A stretch of DNA of 61,925 nucleotides from a virus (lineage: Duplodnaviria > Caudoviricetes), in IMG/VR virus record IMGVR_UViG_3300028553_001902, positions 1-61,925 of that record, one strand, 5' to 3'. Of this stretch, positions 19,500-31,000 are shown in pieces. The notes under the pieces were generated by a model. The model saw only the letters and a list, made by a program, of their open reading frames with translations. It was not told where the DNA came from and did not search any database. The position numbers and the translations under genes were made by a program. Numbering within the stretch: the first letter of the stretch is position 1; each line of letters starts with the position of its first letter.

Positions 19500-20077
19500 T
19501 GAGTAGTACAAATAGAAGTGATTCTAGAAATTATCATATTTCCGATTATTATATAACACCAGTTGAGGTTATTAAAGAATTTTTAAATAAATTTATTGAA
19601 TTAGAAGGCAAACATGTTTTTAAGTTAGTTCTTGATCCATGTGCTGGTGGAGATGCTCAACATCCGATGAGCTATCCACAGGCACTAGAGGCTTTTGGAA
19701 TAAAAGGAAATATTATGACAGTTGATATTAGAGAAGATTCGCTTGCTGAATTGAAAAGTGATTATCTTAATTTAGATGTTAAACAACAAAACTTCAATGT
19801 TATAATAACAAATCCACCTTTTAGTCACGCTCTTGAGATAATTGAAAAAGCATTGAGCGATGTTGCCGAGAATGGCTATGTTATAATGCTATTACGTTTA
19901 AATTTCTTAGGCTCTAAGAAAAGAAAGCCATTTTGGGAAAGCAATCCACCCAAGTATATCTTTGTTCATTCAAAGAGAATTTCTTTTTTTGGCAATTCTA
20001 ACACTGACAGCATTGAGTATGCTCACTTTGTTTGGCAAAAAAATAATCAGGATACTACAAAGTTATTTGTAATATAA
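19499..20077 (+). CDS. N6-adenine DNA methyltransferase
   Basis: Motif I 'VLDPCAGG' and motif IV 'ITNPPF'. Confidence 0.88.
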   Translation: MSSTNRSDSRNYHISDYYITPVEVIKEFLNKFIELEGKHVFKLVLDPCAGGDAQHPMSYPQALEAFGIKGNIMTVDIREDSLAELKSDYLNLDVKQQNFNVIITNPPFSHALEIIEKALSDVAENGYVIMLLRLNFLGSKKRKPFWESNPPKYIFVHSKRISFFGNSNTDSIEYAHFVWQKNNQDTTKLFVI

Positions 20078-20096
20078 AATAAAAGGAGATATTAGA

Positions 20097-21361
20097 ATGT
20101 TAGATCTATTAAGCATCAAACCACATCAGGTAAGTGACGACCTTAGAGGTTATTCTGTATTTTTCTATGGAGAGTAAGCCTTCACAATAAGGCTCTCCTA
20201 ACTCAGTGAATCGCTAACTTAGCGAGTGTGTAATTGGCTCTAATATTAGAGTAATAGAAGTATAATATCTATGCACAATTATGCCAACGGGGAATTAGTG
20301 AAGGAGAACCCCGTCCCAAGCTCTTAAAAGAGAAGGGCTAGAGACTATCGAAAACACGACTAAAAGTCGGAAGTGAGTAGAGTAGGATGGAGATAAGTAC
20401 CATTCCAAGCGCTGAGGTCCAATATATCGTATTGGATAAGAGATAGTCCGCGGCTCGCCTGAGCCCGCCCAAATCAGGCAAGACTACAACGGCCTCAAAA
20501 TTCCCCAAGTCACTAATCGTTGCTTTTGAAAAAGGCTATGCGGCTCTACCTGGAGTTATGGCTCTTCCAATTAATAGTTGGATTGACTTCTTAAAAGTTC
20601 TTAGACAGCTTAAAGACCCTGCTGTTAAAGAAAAGTATGAAACTATTGTTATTGATACTGTTGATATTGCGTATGATTATTGCGAACAATATATCTGCGC
20701 CCAGAATAATGTAGATACTATTGGAGATATTCCTTTTGGTGGTGGATACACAAAGGTTGGCAAAGAATTTGATAGCAAATTACGCTCGATTGTTCAGCAA
20801 GATTATGGTTTAGTTCTTATCAGTCACTCAACAGACAAAGTTTTCAAGGATGAAACAGGCGAAGAGTACAATAAAATTGTACCAACTCTACCTGCAAAAC
20901 CTAGATTAATTGCTGGTCGTATGTGCGATATTATTGGTTACAGTCGTTCTGTTAATACTGATGATGGTAGTAAGACTTTGTTATTTATGAGAGGTACTGA
21001 GCGCTTTGAGGCTGGTTCTCGATTTAAATACACACCAGATTATATTGAATTTAATTATAAGAATCTTGTAAAGGCTATTCAAGATGCTGTAATTAAACAA
21101 TCAGAAGAAGATGGCATGGAAACTGCTAGCGGTAAAGACAATATCAATACACAAAATTTATTTGATACAGACTTTGAAGATTTGCTAGATGAATTCAATC
21201 AGATTGCAAATACTCTTGTAACAAAAGATCCAAAGAATGTGACAAAAATCACTGATATTGTTGAGCGCCACATTGGCTACGGTAAGAAAGTAAATGAAAT
21301 GACTAGAAATCAAAAAGATATTTTAGACATTATCGTTTATGACTTAAAGCAATTAAAATAA
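20097..21361 (+). CDS. AAA_24/Sak4-like NTPase split by a group I intron (exon 1 20097-20174, exon 2 20468-21361; about 323 aa)
   Basis: AAGGAG SD; exon 1 MLDLLSIKPHQVSDDLRGYSVFFYGE joins PKSGKTTTASKF to rebuild Walker A; Walker B 'TIVIDTVD'; exon 2 is in frame with ORF 20558. Confidence 0.85.
20175..20467 (+). ncRNA. ORF-less group I intron (about 293 nt)
   Basis: P1 GGAGAG(T)/GCTCTCC; P3 CTCAGTG/CGCTGAG; P7 GAGACTA (20341)/ATAGTCC (20443); P9 GGCTC-GCCT-GAGCC; core elements shared with the dnaE intron. Confidence 0.88.
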
Positions 21362-21366
21362 CTCTG

Positions 21367-21390
21367 AGGGGGCCATCGTGCCCCCTTTAT
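21367..21390 (+). terminator. Putative terminator or hairpin
   Basis: AGGGGGC-CATCGT-GCCCCCT followed by TTATTT. Confidence 0.65.
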
Positions 21391-21407
21391 TTAGATAGGT
21401 GTTGCTT

Positions 21408-21884
21408 ATGAGGCCAGTTAAATGTTTCTTCTGTGGAAAGTCAATAGACAGAAATACAGAGCAATTTACGCAAGTTCAAAAGAGATACGCCCACATACAA
21501 TGCGCTGAGAGTGATGCTCAGGATAAGTTATTAAGAAAAGAACTAAATGCTTATATATTTGAACTCTGGGATGGAGATGTAAACTTTGCCCTTATAGGTA
21601 GACAAATAAATCAGTTCCAGACTGAATATAACTATACTCTGAGCGGCATATTAGGTACTTTAAACTATTGTTATGGGGTAAAAAAGATGCGCCCAGAGAA
21701 GGCTCAGGGCATTGGTATTGTTCCGTATCACTATAAAGAAGCGCGTAACTATTATAGGACTATCCAGCAAGGTAGAGCTAATTCAAGTGAGATTTTAGAT
21801 TTGAAAAAGGTTGTGGTCACTATAGCCCCCCCTCGTTCAGAAATCTTTAAAAAAATATATGAAATTCAATTGGAGGAAGTATGA
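21408..21884 (+). CDS. Hypothetical Zn-finger protein upstream of the helicase (possible loader)
   Basis: 'CFFC...H..C' motif; ATGA overlap with the helicase. Confidence 0.55.
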   Translation: MRPVKCFFCGKSIDRNTEQFTQVQKRYAHIQCAESDAQDKLLRKELNAYIFELWDGDVNFALIGRQINQFQTEYNYTLSGILGTLNYCYGVKKMRPEKAQGIGIVPYHYKEARNYYRTIQQGRANSSEILDLKKVVVTIAPPRSEIFKKIYEIQLEEV

Positions 21885-23356
21885 GTAAATTCTACGATCA
21901 AAAAACAGAAGAAGCGGTGCTGCTCAACCTGTTTAAATTTCCTCTACTATTAGAGCAGGTTGATAAGTATTATTTTAGCACAGGTGATTTTGATAATAAG
22001 TTTCACAAAATGATATTCACTATAATAAACAATTTAGTCGTTCAGGGCTTAGAGCAAATATCTGTTTTTGATATTGATAACTTTTTACATTCGCGACCAG
22101 ATCATAAAGAATTATTTAGCTCTTATAAAGGCAAGGAATTATTGGAATCTGCCGAGCAAAAAGCAGATATAAATTCTTTTGAATATTATTATGGAAAACT
22201 AAAGAAATTAACTTTATTGCGAGCCTATGATTCTAACGGAATTGATGTTAATAAAGAGTTAGAAATACTAGATGAGCATGACATAGAGCAGCTAGCAGAT
22301 AGCATTGATCAAAGAATAGAGAAGATTAAACTAGATTATTTATCTAAAACTTGGTCAATTTCTAAACAGGCTGGTGAAGGCTTAGTAGATTTAATTGAAT
22401 CTTTAAAAGAGCAGCCAGAGTTTGGAATTCCACTATATGGCTCACTTATAAATTCAGTTACACGAGGTGCGCGATTAAGAAAATTTTACTTACGTAGTGC
22501 GCCCACTGGCTTAGGCAAAAGCCGCATGATGATTGCTGATATATGTAATTTTGCATGCGATGAAATATACGACACTAGAAAGCGACAATGGGTTCAGAAC
22601 GGTACCTCAGAACCCTCAGTCTTTATTAGTACAGAGTTGGGCATTGACGAATGTCAGACTATGGCACTAGCTTTTATAAGTGGCGTTAGAGAAGATGCTA
22701 TATTAAATGGCACTTATTACAATGATGAGGAGGATAGGGTTTTGCGGGCAGCGCAAATCCTTGGCCGTTCTCCTATTTGGATTGAGCATTTACCTGATTT
22801 CTCTATAAGAGATATAGAAAATGTAATACGTAGAAATAGAAGAGAAAATGGAGTATTATATTACGGGTTTGATTATATTCATAGTTCTTTAAAAATACTA
22901 GAAGAGATATCACAAAGAACAAAAGGAATGAAATTAAGAGAAGATAATATATTATTTATGTTAGCTATTAGATTAAAAGATTTATGTAATGAACTGGGCG
23001 TATTTATTATGTCATCAACTCAATTAAATGCAGATTGGGAGAGTAGAGATACTTCAAACCAAAACGTATTGAGGGGAGCAAAAGCAATTGGAGATAAGGT
23101 GGATGTTGGATATATTAGCTTACCTGTTACTGAGCAGGATAAAGAGGCTTTAACACCCTTTATTCAGGCATCATGTATTCCAATGCCAAATATAGTGCAT
23201 CACATTTATAAGAATCGTAGAGGAAAGTTTAAATCTGTGAAGCTGTGGTGTTATGGGGATCTTGCTACATGTAGAGTTGAGCCATTATTCTTAACTGATA
23301 ATGACTATACAACAATAAACATGGAGGATTTTGAAATTGTTGTAAAGAAAGAGTAG
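21881..23356 (+). CDS. DnaB-like replicative helicase
   Basis: Walker A 'SAPTGLGKS', 'FISTE', 'FDYIH', 'STQLN', 'KNRRG'. Confidence 0.9.
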   Translation: MSKFYDQKTEEAVLLNLFKFPLLLEQVDKYYFSTGDFDNKFHKMIFTIINNLVVQGLEQISVFDIDNFLHSRPDHKELFSSYKGKELLESAEQKADINSFEYYYGKLKKLTLLRAYDSNGIDVNKELEILDEHDIEQLADSIDQRIEKIKLDYLSKTWSISKQAGEGLVDLIESLKEQPEFGIPLYGSLINSVTRGARLRKFYLRSAPTGLGKSRMMIADICNFACDEIYDTRKRQWVQNGTSEPSVFISTELGIDECQTMALAFISGVREDAILNGTYYNDEEDRVLRAAQILGRSPIWIEHLPDFSIRDIENVIRRNRRENGVLYYGFDYIHSSLKILEEISQRTKGMKLREDNILFMLAIRLKDLCNELGVFIMSSTQLNADWESRDTSNQNVLRGAKAIGDKVDVGYISLPVTEQDKEALTPFIQASCIPMPNIVHHIYKNRRGKFKSVKLWCYGDLATCRVEPLFLTDNDYTTINMEDFEIVVKKE

Positions 23357-23361
23357 ACGCT

Positions 23362-24405
23362 ATGGTAAATCTAAGAGTTATAAAGGATACTCTGAATGAA
23401 TCGCAGATCATAGAAGCGCTAGCTGCTTTAGGTTCTGATTCTCCCATATACGTGCAGGGTGCCTTGATATTTGATACAGTATGTCACAACGAGCCTGGCT
23501 GTGGCAGTAAAAAACTTTACTATTACTTAGATACAAAGATGTTTAAATGCTATACTGGTTGTGGAGATTTTTTTAATATATTTGAATTAATATCTAGAAA
23601 TTCAAAAAATAAAAGAGAAGAATCAACAAGTAGCAATGGTGTATATTGGCTGTATAAACATACTAAAACATTTTTTACAAATGATGCATATACCACAAAT
23701 AAAATAGATAAAGAAGAGATAGAAAAAGAAATCACTTTTTATGATGAGTCAGACTTGAATGTACTGCGCTCATATCTTATTAAGGATTGGATGCAGGAAG
23801 GAATAGAAATGCAGACTATACAAGACTATAAGATTAAATATAATCCAGTTAGTTGTTGTATAATAATACCGCATTTTGATGTAGACAATAGATTAATTGG
23901 CGTTCGACAAAGAACACTTGTTAAAGAAGAAGAAATATATGGTAAGTATAGGGTAGCTTTTATAAATGGTAAAAGCTATCCCCATCCCTTATCTTATAAT
24001 CTTTTCGGCCTCAGTAATAATAAAGAAAATATAAAAAAATATAAGAAGGCAATAGTATTTGAAGGTGAAAAGTCTGTTCTTATTTTAGATAAATATGAAG
24101 ATAGTTGTGCGGTAGCTTGTTGCGGCTCAAGTATATCTGCATATCAAATAAAGTTATTGGTTGACTTAGGTGTAGAAGAAGTCATTGTAGCATTTGATAA
24201 AGAGTTTGGTAGCATAGGTGACGAGCTATATGAGAAACAAGTGAAGAATTTAACTAATATTTTTAAAAGGTTTTCAAATAAAGTACTAATAAGTTTTATG
24301 TTTGACAAGTGGAATCTGCTAGACATAAAAGATTCTCCTATAGACAAGGGAATTGACACTTTTAAATTTTTATTATCAGAACGATTTACATTGCAGGAGG
24401 GCTAA
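23362..24405 (+). CDS. DNA primase
   Basis: Zn-binding 'CHN...KCYTGC'; TOPRIM 'FEGEKS' and 'AFDKE'. Confidence 0.85.
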   Translation: MVNLRVIKDTLNESQIIEALAALGSDSPIYVQGALIFDTVCHNEPGCGSKKLYYYLDTKMFKCYTGCGDFFNIFELISRNSKNKREESTSSNGVYWLYKHTKTFFTNDAYTTNKIDKEEIEKEITFYDESDLNVLRSYLIKDWMQEGIEMQTIQDYKIKYNPVSCCIIIPHFDVDNRLIGVRQRTLVKEEEIYGKYRVAFINGKSYPHPLSYNLFGLSNNKENIKKYKKAIVFEGEKSVLILDKYEDSCAVACCGSSISAYQIKLLVDLGVEEVIVAFDKEFGSIGDELYEKQVKNLTNIFKRFSNKVLISFMFDKWNLLDIKDSPIDKGIDTFKFLLSERFTLQEG

Positions 24406-24406
24406 A

Positions 24407-26155
24407 ATGAAGTATGAATTAATAAAACCAATGAACCCCAATCTAACCTTAGTCGAGCAGATTTTTTATAATAGAAATATAGACATATCAAATATTGAAA
24501 ACTTCATTTTTCCTTCTTCTGCTTGTATTAATGATCCGCAATCTATCAAAAATATAGAAATGGCAGCAATACTATTCCTAATGCACCTACATGAAGGTAG
24601 TAAGATATTTATACAGGTAGACTCTGATTGTGATGGATATACATCAAGTGCTGTGCTATTAAATTGGATTTATCGTTACTATGGAAAAAAAGTAGATAAT
24701 ATTGATTATAGAATTCACACAGGCAAGCAACATGGCTTACTAGAAGAAACTGTTCAATATTTAAAAGATAATGAATATAAACTAGTAATCATACCAGATG
24801 CTGGCTCAAATCAGGCAGAAATTCATGAGCTATTAAATAATCTTGATATTGATTGTATAATTCTAGACCATCATGAATCTGATATACAAGATGAAACAAC
24901 AGCGATAGTTGTAAATCCTACAATTGACGGAGTTTATCCGAATAAAAACTTGAGCGGTGCGGCCGTAGTATATAAATTTTGTAAAGTATTAGATGAAAAA
25001 TGTCAGACGGACATTGCAGATGGTCTCCTAGATTTAGTTGCACTAGGTTTAATTGCAGATATGATGGATACCACTGAGCTTGAAAATAGACGTTTAATTT
25101 TACAAGGGTTAAATAATATAAAGAATATATTTTTAAAAGCTCTGATCGAAAAACAATCATACTCAATGCGAAATGAAATCAGTATAACAACCATAGGATT
25201 TTATATTTCTCCTCTTATAAACGCTGTTGTTAGAGCTGGGTCAGCAGAAGAAAAGATGATTATATTTAAAGCGTTTCTAGATAGCGATGCTCATGAAAGA
25301 ATTCAGTCAACTAAGCGTGGCTCAAAAGAAGGCGATACAGAAAGTATGTTTGAGGCAGCTTGTAGGATGGTAAGTAATATAAAAAGTCGTCAAAATAGAA
25401 TGCGTGACGATTCTATAAAGAGTATAGAAGAAATTATACAGGAGAGTAACTTGGTACAAAATAAAATTATTGCAATTGTTGATAATGGGAATATTGATAA
25501 AAACTTATCAGGACTAATTGCAAATAAAATAATGGCAAAGTATAAGCGCCCAGTTATGATCTTAAAAGAAACAGAGAATGAGTTGCTGCAAGGTTCTGCT
25601 AGGGGTTATGAAAAATCTGAGTTGAAAGATTTTAAAAATTTTATTATAGAAAGTTCCATAGCAGAGTATGCAGAAGGCCATGCTAATGCTTTTGGTGTTG
25701 GATTCAAAAAAGAAAAACTGGAAGATTTTATTCAATATGCAAATACTAAACTTCTAAATATAAATTTTGATAATCAATATTTAGTAGATGGTATTCTAGA
25801 TGTCTCACAATTGAACTTCTCATTCTTTCAAGAGATACATTCTTTAAAGAGTTTGTGGGGAAAGGGGTTTGAAGAGCCACTCTTTTGCGTAAAAAACATA
25901 AAGATAAAGATTGATGATATTGTCTTACTTTCTGCGGATAAAAATCCAACGTTAAAAATAACATCAAACGATATTTCTTTTATGAAATTTAATATGTCAT
26001 TAGAAGAATACGCTACACTAAAGCCACCACAGCATGGATTTATCACATTAGATGTAGTTGGTAGATTTCAGATGAATGAGTGGAGTGGGGGCCTGTATCC
26101 ACAAGTCCTTATTGAAGATTATGCAAAAGCAAAAGAAATTCAACATTATTTTTAG
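24407..26155 (+). CDS. recJ: RecJ-like ssDNA exonuclease (DHH family)
   Basis: 'DSDCDG', 'ILDHH', 'LSGAAV', 'GSARG', 'GHANAFG'; AGGAGG SD before ATG 24407. Confidence 0.9.
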   Translation: MKYELIKPMNPNLTLVEQIFYNRNIDISNIENFIFPSSACINDPQSIKNIEMAAILFLMHLHEGSKIFIQVDSDCDGYTSSAVLLNWIYRYYGKKVDNIDYRIHTGKQHGLLEETVQYLKDNEYKLVIIPDAGSNQAEIHELLNNLDIDCIILDHHESDIQDETTAIVVNPTIDGVYPNKNLSGAAVVYKFCKVLDEKCQTDIADGLLDLVALGLIADMMDTTELENRRLILQGLNNIKNIFLKALIEKQSYSMRNEISITTIGFYISPLINAVVRAGSAEEKMIIFKAFLDSDAHERIQSTKRGSKEGDTESMFEAACRMVSNIKSRQNRMRDDSIKSIEEIIQESNLVQNKIIAIVDNGNIDKNLSGLIANKIMAKYKRPVMILKETENELLQGSARGYEKSELKDFKNFIIESSIAEYAEGHANAFGVGFKKEKLEDFIQYANTKLLNINFDNQYLVDGILDVSQLNFSFFQEIHSLKSLWGKGFEEPLFCVKNIKIKIDDIVLLSADKNPTLKITSNDISFMKFNMSLEEYATLKPPQHGFITLDVVGRFQMNEWSGGLYPQVLIEDYAKAKEIQHYF

Positions 26156-26166
26156 GGGGAGAAAAG

Positions 26167-27588
26167 ATGGTAGAGATTTCAGGACCTGAGCTGGCGATAA
26201 GTTATCCACCACAGAGCGCCTACTTTATTGGCGAAGAAAACGAACGTTCGGATGTTCTTGAACTTTCTCAAGATGCTATTAGAGTTGTTAGTGTTGGTAG
26301 TACAGGAGATAATGGAAGTGTAGATGCATTTGGTAGAGCGAGAGTGAGCGAACCACTTACTCTTGGAGACTATAAGCATTTATATGCAATTGACCCAAAC
26401 TTTTTAGATTCTGTAAGTGCTAGTGGCACAGTCTCTTTTGCCTTAAATCAAGCAGCTGCAACATTGGCAACGGGCACTAGTAGTGGTTCATATGTAATAC
26501 ATCAAACAAAATTATACCATCACTATCAACCTGGCAAGTCACAATTAATTTTAAGTTCATTTAATTTTGGATATGCAGAAGCGAATGTTACAAAAAGAAC
26601 TGGATACTTTGATGATAGAGATGGAATCTATTTTGAACAGGTAGGACTTCCAACATCAAACGGTACAGATGCTGGTACATTAAATTGGGTTATACGATCG
26701 TATGTTACTGGAACAGCATCAGAGGTTGGTACGCGAATACCACAAAGTCAATGGAATATTGATCGTTGCGATGGGACTGGCAAGAGTGAATTTAATCTCA
26801 ATATATCTAAAGCGCAGCTAATATTTATAGATTTTCAATGGCTCGGAGTTGGTAGAGTTAGATGTGGATTCGTGCATAATGGTGAATATATAGTTGCGCA
26901 TGAATACTATCACTCAAACTTCGATAATACTGTGTATATCGCTAATCCAAACCTGCCAGTTCGATGCGAAATTGTAAATACTGCAGCTATATCAGCAAGT
27001 GCAAGCTTCTCTCAAATATGTTCTTCTGTTATGGCAGAAGGTGGATATATACAAAGCGGAATTGATTGGTCTATTGATAGTGGGTCACTAAGACAAACAT
27101 CGACAACTGGTGCCTCTAGATTTCCAGTGCTTGCATTTAGACTAAAAGATACCTATCAAGGCTATCCAAATAGAGCAACTGTAAAATTAAATAATATTAC
27201 TGCACACATACAAGACAATTCAAGTTATGTTGAAATTATAAAAATTCCAGATGCAAGTTATTTAGTCAATGCTGGCGGAACTTCCTCATTAACTTGGGTT
27301 TCAGTAAATACAAATAGTGTTGTTGAATATTCCATTGATGCTGCTGCGTTTACTGGCTCTACTACTGTAATAAATGTATTATCTTCTGTAGTCATTCCAG
27401 CTGGTGGTTCTGCAAATAGTCAAGGAGTTGCTGGAATACCCTCTGCAACTGATTCAAAAAAGAACTTTATTGTTCAAAATTATGACTCTACAAATTCTGA
27501 AGTATATATTATATCTGTAAAAACAACAGAAACAGGAAACGTGCGCGCAAAAGCTGCGGTTACAGCTCAGTGGAGGGAAATATATTAA
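26167..27588 (+). CDS. Beta-rich hypothetical protein, possibly virion-associated
   Basis: 'DAFGRARVSEP', 'YQPGKS', 'DFQWLGVGRVR', 'PNLPVR' motifs seen in phage and large-virus proteins. Confidence 0.55.
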   Translation: MVEISGPELAISYPPQSAYFIGEENERSDVLELSQDAIRVVSVGSTGDNGSVDAFGRARVSEPLTLGDYKHLYAIDPNFLDSVSASGTVSFALNQAAATLATGTSSGSYVIHQTKLYHHYQPGKSQLILSSFNFGYAEANVTKRTGYFDDRDGIYFEQVGLPTSNGTDAGTLNWVIRSYVTGTASEVGTRIPQSQWNIDRCDGTGKSEFNLNISKAQLIFIDFQWLGVGRVRCGFVHNGEYIVAHEYYHSNFDNTVYIANPNLPVRCEIVNTAAISASASFSQICSSVMAEGGYIQSGIDWSIDSGSLRQTSTTGASRFPVLAFRLKDTYQGYPNRATVKLNNITAHIQDNSSYVEIIKIPDASYLVNAGGTSSLTWVSVNTNSVVEYSIDAAAFTGSTTVINVLSSVVIPAGGSANSQGVAGIPSATDSKKNFIVQNYDSTNSEVYIISVKTTETGNVRAKAAVTAQWREIY

Positions 27589-27953
27589 TGCAACAAAATT
27601 CATTTGGCACTTATGGCAAGCATTGCGTAGTTGATTTCTGGGGTTGCGACTCTGATCGCATAGATAATCTACCTTTCATGAAATCACTATGCTTGCTTGC
27701 CGCAAATGCAACTGGGGCCACAGTTGTTGACGTAATACATAAAGATTTTGAGCCTCAGGGGCTAACTGTACTAGTGCTACTTGAAGAATCTCATCTTTCT
27801 ATACACACTTATCCAGAATTTGGGTTTGTTGCATTTGATTGCTATACATGCTCTAATCTATGCTTTCCTGAAGAAGCTGTAGAAATATTCAAAAATATTT
27901 TAAAGCCTACTAAATCAGTAGAGAAGTTTATAGAGCGGGGCCTCTTACAGTAG
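27588..27953 (+). CDS. speD: S-adenosylmethionine decarboxylase proenzyme (pyruvoyl)
   Basis: 'GKH', 'FEPQGLT', autocleavage 'LEE/SHLSIHTYPE', 'DCYTC'. Confidence 0.92.
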   Translation: MQQNSFGTYGKHCVVDFWGCDSDRIDNLPFMKSLCLLAANATGATVVDVIHKDFEPQGLTVLVLLEESHLSIHTYPEFGFVAFDCYTCSNLCFPEEAVEIFKNILKPTKSVEKFIERGLLQ

Positions 27954-27958
27954 TTATA

Positions 27959-27987
27959 TTGACAGAACTACTATTATATAGTATAAT
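27959..27987 (+). promoter_or_regulatory. Sigma-70/A promoter for the DNA polymerase
   Basis: TTGACA-N17-TATAAT. Confidence 0.88.
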
Positions 27988-28021
27988 TATTATATATAAT
28001 AAACTAGGAGGATATGAGTGA

Positions 28022-31000
28022 ATGTCTTACGTCTCTGTGCATAATCATACCCACTTCTCAAATCTTCGCTTACTAGATTGCATCATAAAGCCGAGCGATT
28101 TAATAGATAGAGCACATGAATTGGGACTTTCTGGTCTAGCAATAACAGACCATGAGTCCCTAAGCGCTCATGTAGAAGCTATTCAATACTATAAAAAGAA
28201 ATATAAAGATTCTGAAATGAAACTAATACTTGGAAATGAGATCTATCTTACTGATGATAGAAGTATGGGTGGAAAATATCCTCACTTTCTACTCATGGCT
28301 AAAAATGCTGAGGGCCATCGCGCACTGAGGGAGTTTAGTAGCATAGCTTGGTCTCATTCTTATTATGATAGAGGGCTTGAGCGCGTCCCTGTAACAAAGC
28401 AAGAGTTGTTAGATATAACAAATAAGTACAAAGGAACACTGATTGCCACAACTGCTTGTATTGGTGGCGAACTCTCACAGTATATCTTAAAATTACATGC
28501 AGCAGAAGGAGCGGGAGATGAGCAGCAAACCACTTTCTATAAGCAGCAGATATATTTATTTATTGATTTTTTACAGCAGTGTTTTGGGCAAGACTTATTA
28601 TTAGAAATAGCCCCAAATGATTCGGAAGAACAGAGAATAGTTAATTGTAGAATGAAATCTATTGCCAGTTTTTTCCAAATTCCTCTAATTTTTGCAACGG
28701 ATTCACACTACCTCAATAAAGAAGATAGATACATCCATAAGGCTTTCTTAAATTCGAAGCACGGTGAGCGAGAAGTTGATGACTTTTATTCTACAGCGTA
28801 CATGATGTCAGAAGAAGAAGTGTGGGAATATTTAAAACATGACTTTTCTAAAGAAGAATTTAATGCCATGATTGAAAATTCTAAAACTATATTGCACAAA
28901 GTCGAATTTTACGACTTATTCAATCCTCAAATTATTCCAACGATCAAATTACCACAAATAAACTTAGATATTACATTCCAAAAAGATAAATATATATATC
29001 TAGATAAGATGCTAGATGATGATAATATACAAAATAATGTATGGATTAAAACTTGTTTAAATAAATTAGCAGAAAAACAACTATTTAACGATACTTATTT
29101 AAATAGATTGAATGATGAAGCTAGAGAGTTGTATGAAATATCTGAGAACCTTAGCATCACAATGACTTCATATTACAATACGATGGCCAAAATTATTGAT
29201 ATCGTATGGAACGAAGGCGACAGTCTAGTAGGTGTTGCGCGAGGAAGTGCCACTGGCTTCTTAAGTTGCTATCTGCTAGGCATCACTCAGCTTGATCCTA
29301 TTAAATGGAACTTGCCGCACTGGCGCCATCTCACAAGTACGCGCCCAGAATTCCCAGATATTGACTTTGATACTCAGGCGCTACGTCGAGATAGAATATT
29401 ACAAGCTATCAAGGCTTATTTTGGCGATAAGAACGTGCTAAATATCTGTACATTTGGTACAGAAGGCCCCAAATCAGCCATCCTAACTGCGTGTAGAGGG
29501 CTAGGCATAGACAACGATATTGGTTTATATCTAACAGGCATGATACCTCAAGAGCGTGGCTTTACATGGCCACTGAGCGATTGTTTATATGGTAATGCTG
29601 AAAAGGATAGACGCCCAATAGAACCGCTTAAAATTGAAATTGCGAAGCATGAAGGCCTAGAAGAAATGATATTGAAGATCGAGGGACTTGTGAATAAGCG
29701 TTCTATTCATGCGGCTGGTGTGTATATCTTTAATAATGGTTTTGTAGAGCGTAATGCTCTAATGAAGGCACCCAATGGACAACCTACTACTCAATGGGAT
29801 ATGGATGATAGCGATTACATGGGCTGTTTAAAGTATGATTTGCTTACTATAGAAGCCTTGGATAAACTGAGGGTTGCATTAGACTTGCTAATAGATGACG
29901 GCTTAATCGAGGCTCAGAGCTCTCTAAAAGAGACATACGATAAGTATCTGCACCCAGATGTTTTAGACTATTCGAATCAGATGTGGCAGGCTGCCTCAGA
30001 TGGAGAAGTCATAAGTCTATTTCAGTTTGATACTTTAGTGGGCGGCCAAGCGATCAAAAAAGTTCAGCCACAATCACTTGAGGACGCAGCATCAGCAAAT
30101 AGCTTAATGAGATTGATGCCACTCGAAGATGGCACAGTATTGGTTGATAAATATGTGCAGTTTAAAAATAATATTGAACTTTGGTATCGAGAATTAGATA
30201 GAAATAATATTCGCCCAGACGAAGTTAAACTGCTTGAACCTCACTATCTACCTGTATATGGTGTGCCCAATACTCAAGAAGATATGATGGAATTACTCAT
30301 GAATCCAGAGCTAATTGGATTCTCACTTGAAGAAGCGAACTATGCAAGAAAAATTGTTGGCAAGAAGAAGATGGAAGAAATTCCTAAGTTAAAGAAAATG
30401 ATTTTTGACAAAAGCCCTGTATCACATAGTCTAATAAACTATATTTATATAACTGCAATTCAACCTCAACTTGGGTAGAATGATGCTCAAGTAAAATTTG
30501 TTGAACCTTATCCAAGGGTGTATGAGAAATCATGCTAACGGTGAAACCTAAGTGTGTGAACATATGGCAATACCGTGCCAAGCTCATTTTGAGAAGGTGT
30601 AGAGACTAAACTGGAGAAATCCTAAGAGAAATAGAGATGGATACTATTTCGTAGCGGCAAATATGAATACCTGTGGTCTAAATTTAACCTTTCATATAGT
30701 CCACTTTTTATTAAAAATAAGGAGGAGTTTATATGATTTGGAGAAAATTTAGAAACACAAGATATGAAATTAGTGAGTACGGGGATGTAAAAAATATTCT
30801 TACAGGAAGAATCTTAAAATCTTCTTTTGTACCAAAGGGCTATTTACATATAAGCCTTAGAATTGATTCTAGTAGAAAAACTTTTTTAATACATAGACTT
30901 GTTGCAGAAGTTTTTTTATCAGAATTTTCCGATCAGTATACAGTGGATCATATTGATGAGAATAAAATTAATAATCATTTTTCAAATTTAAGAATGATGA

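Noticed and set aside
30476-30478. TAG ending the first dnaE ORF as possible stop-codon reassignment or pseudogene
   Set aside because: Fully explained by the group I intron; other genes are intact in the standard code and TAG is used as a normal stop
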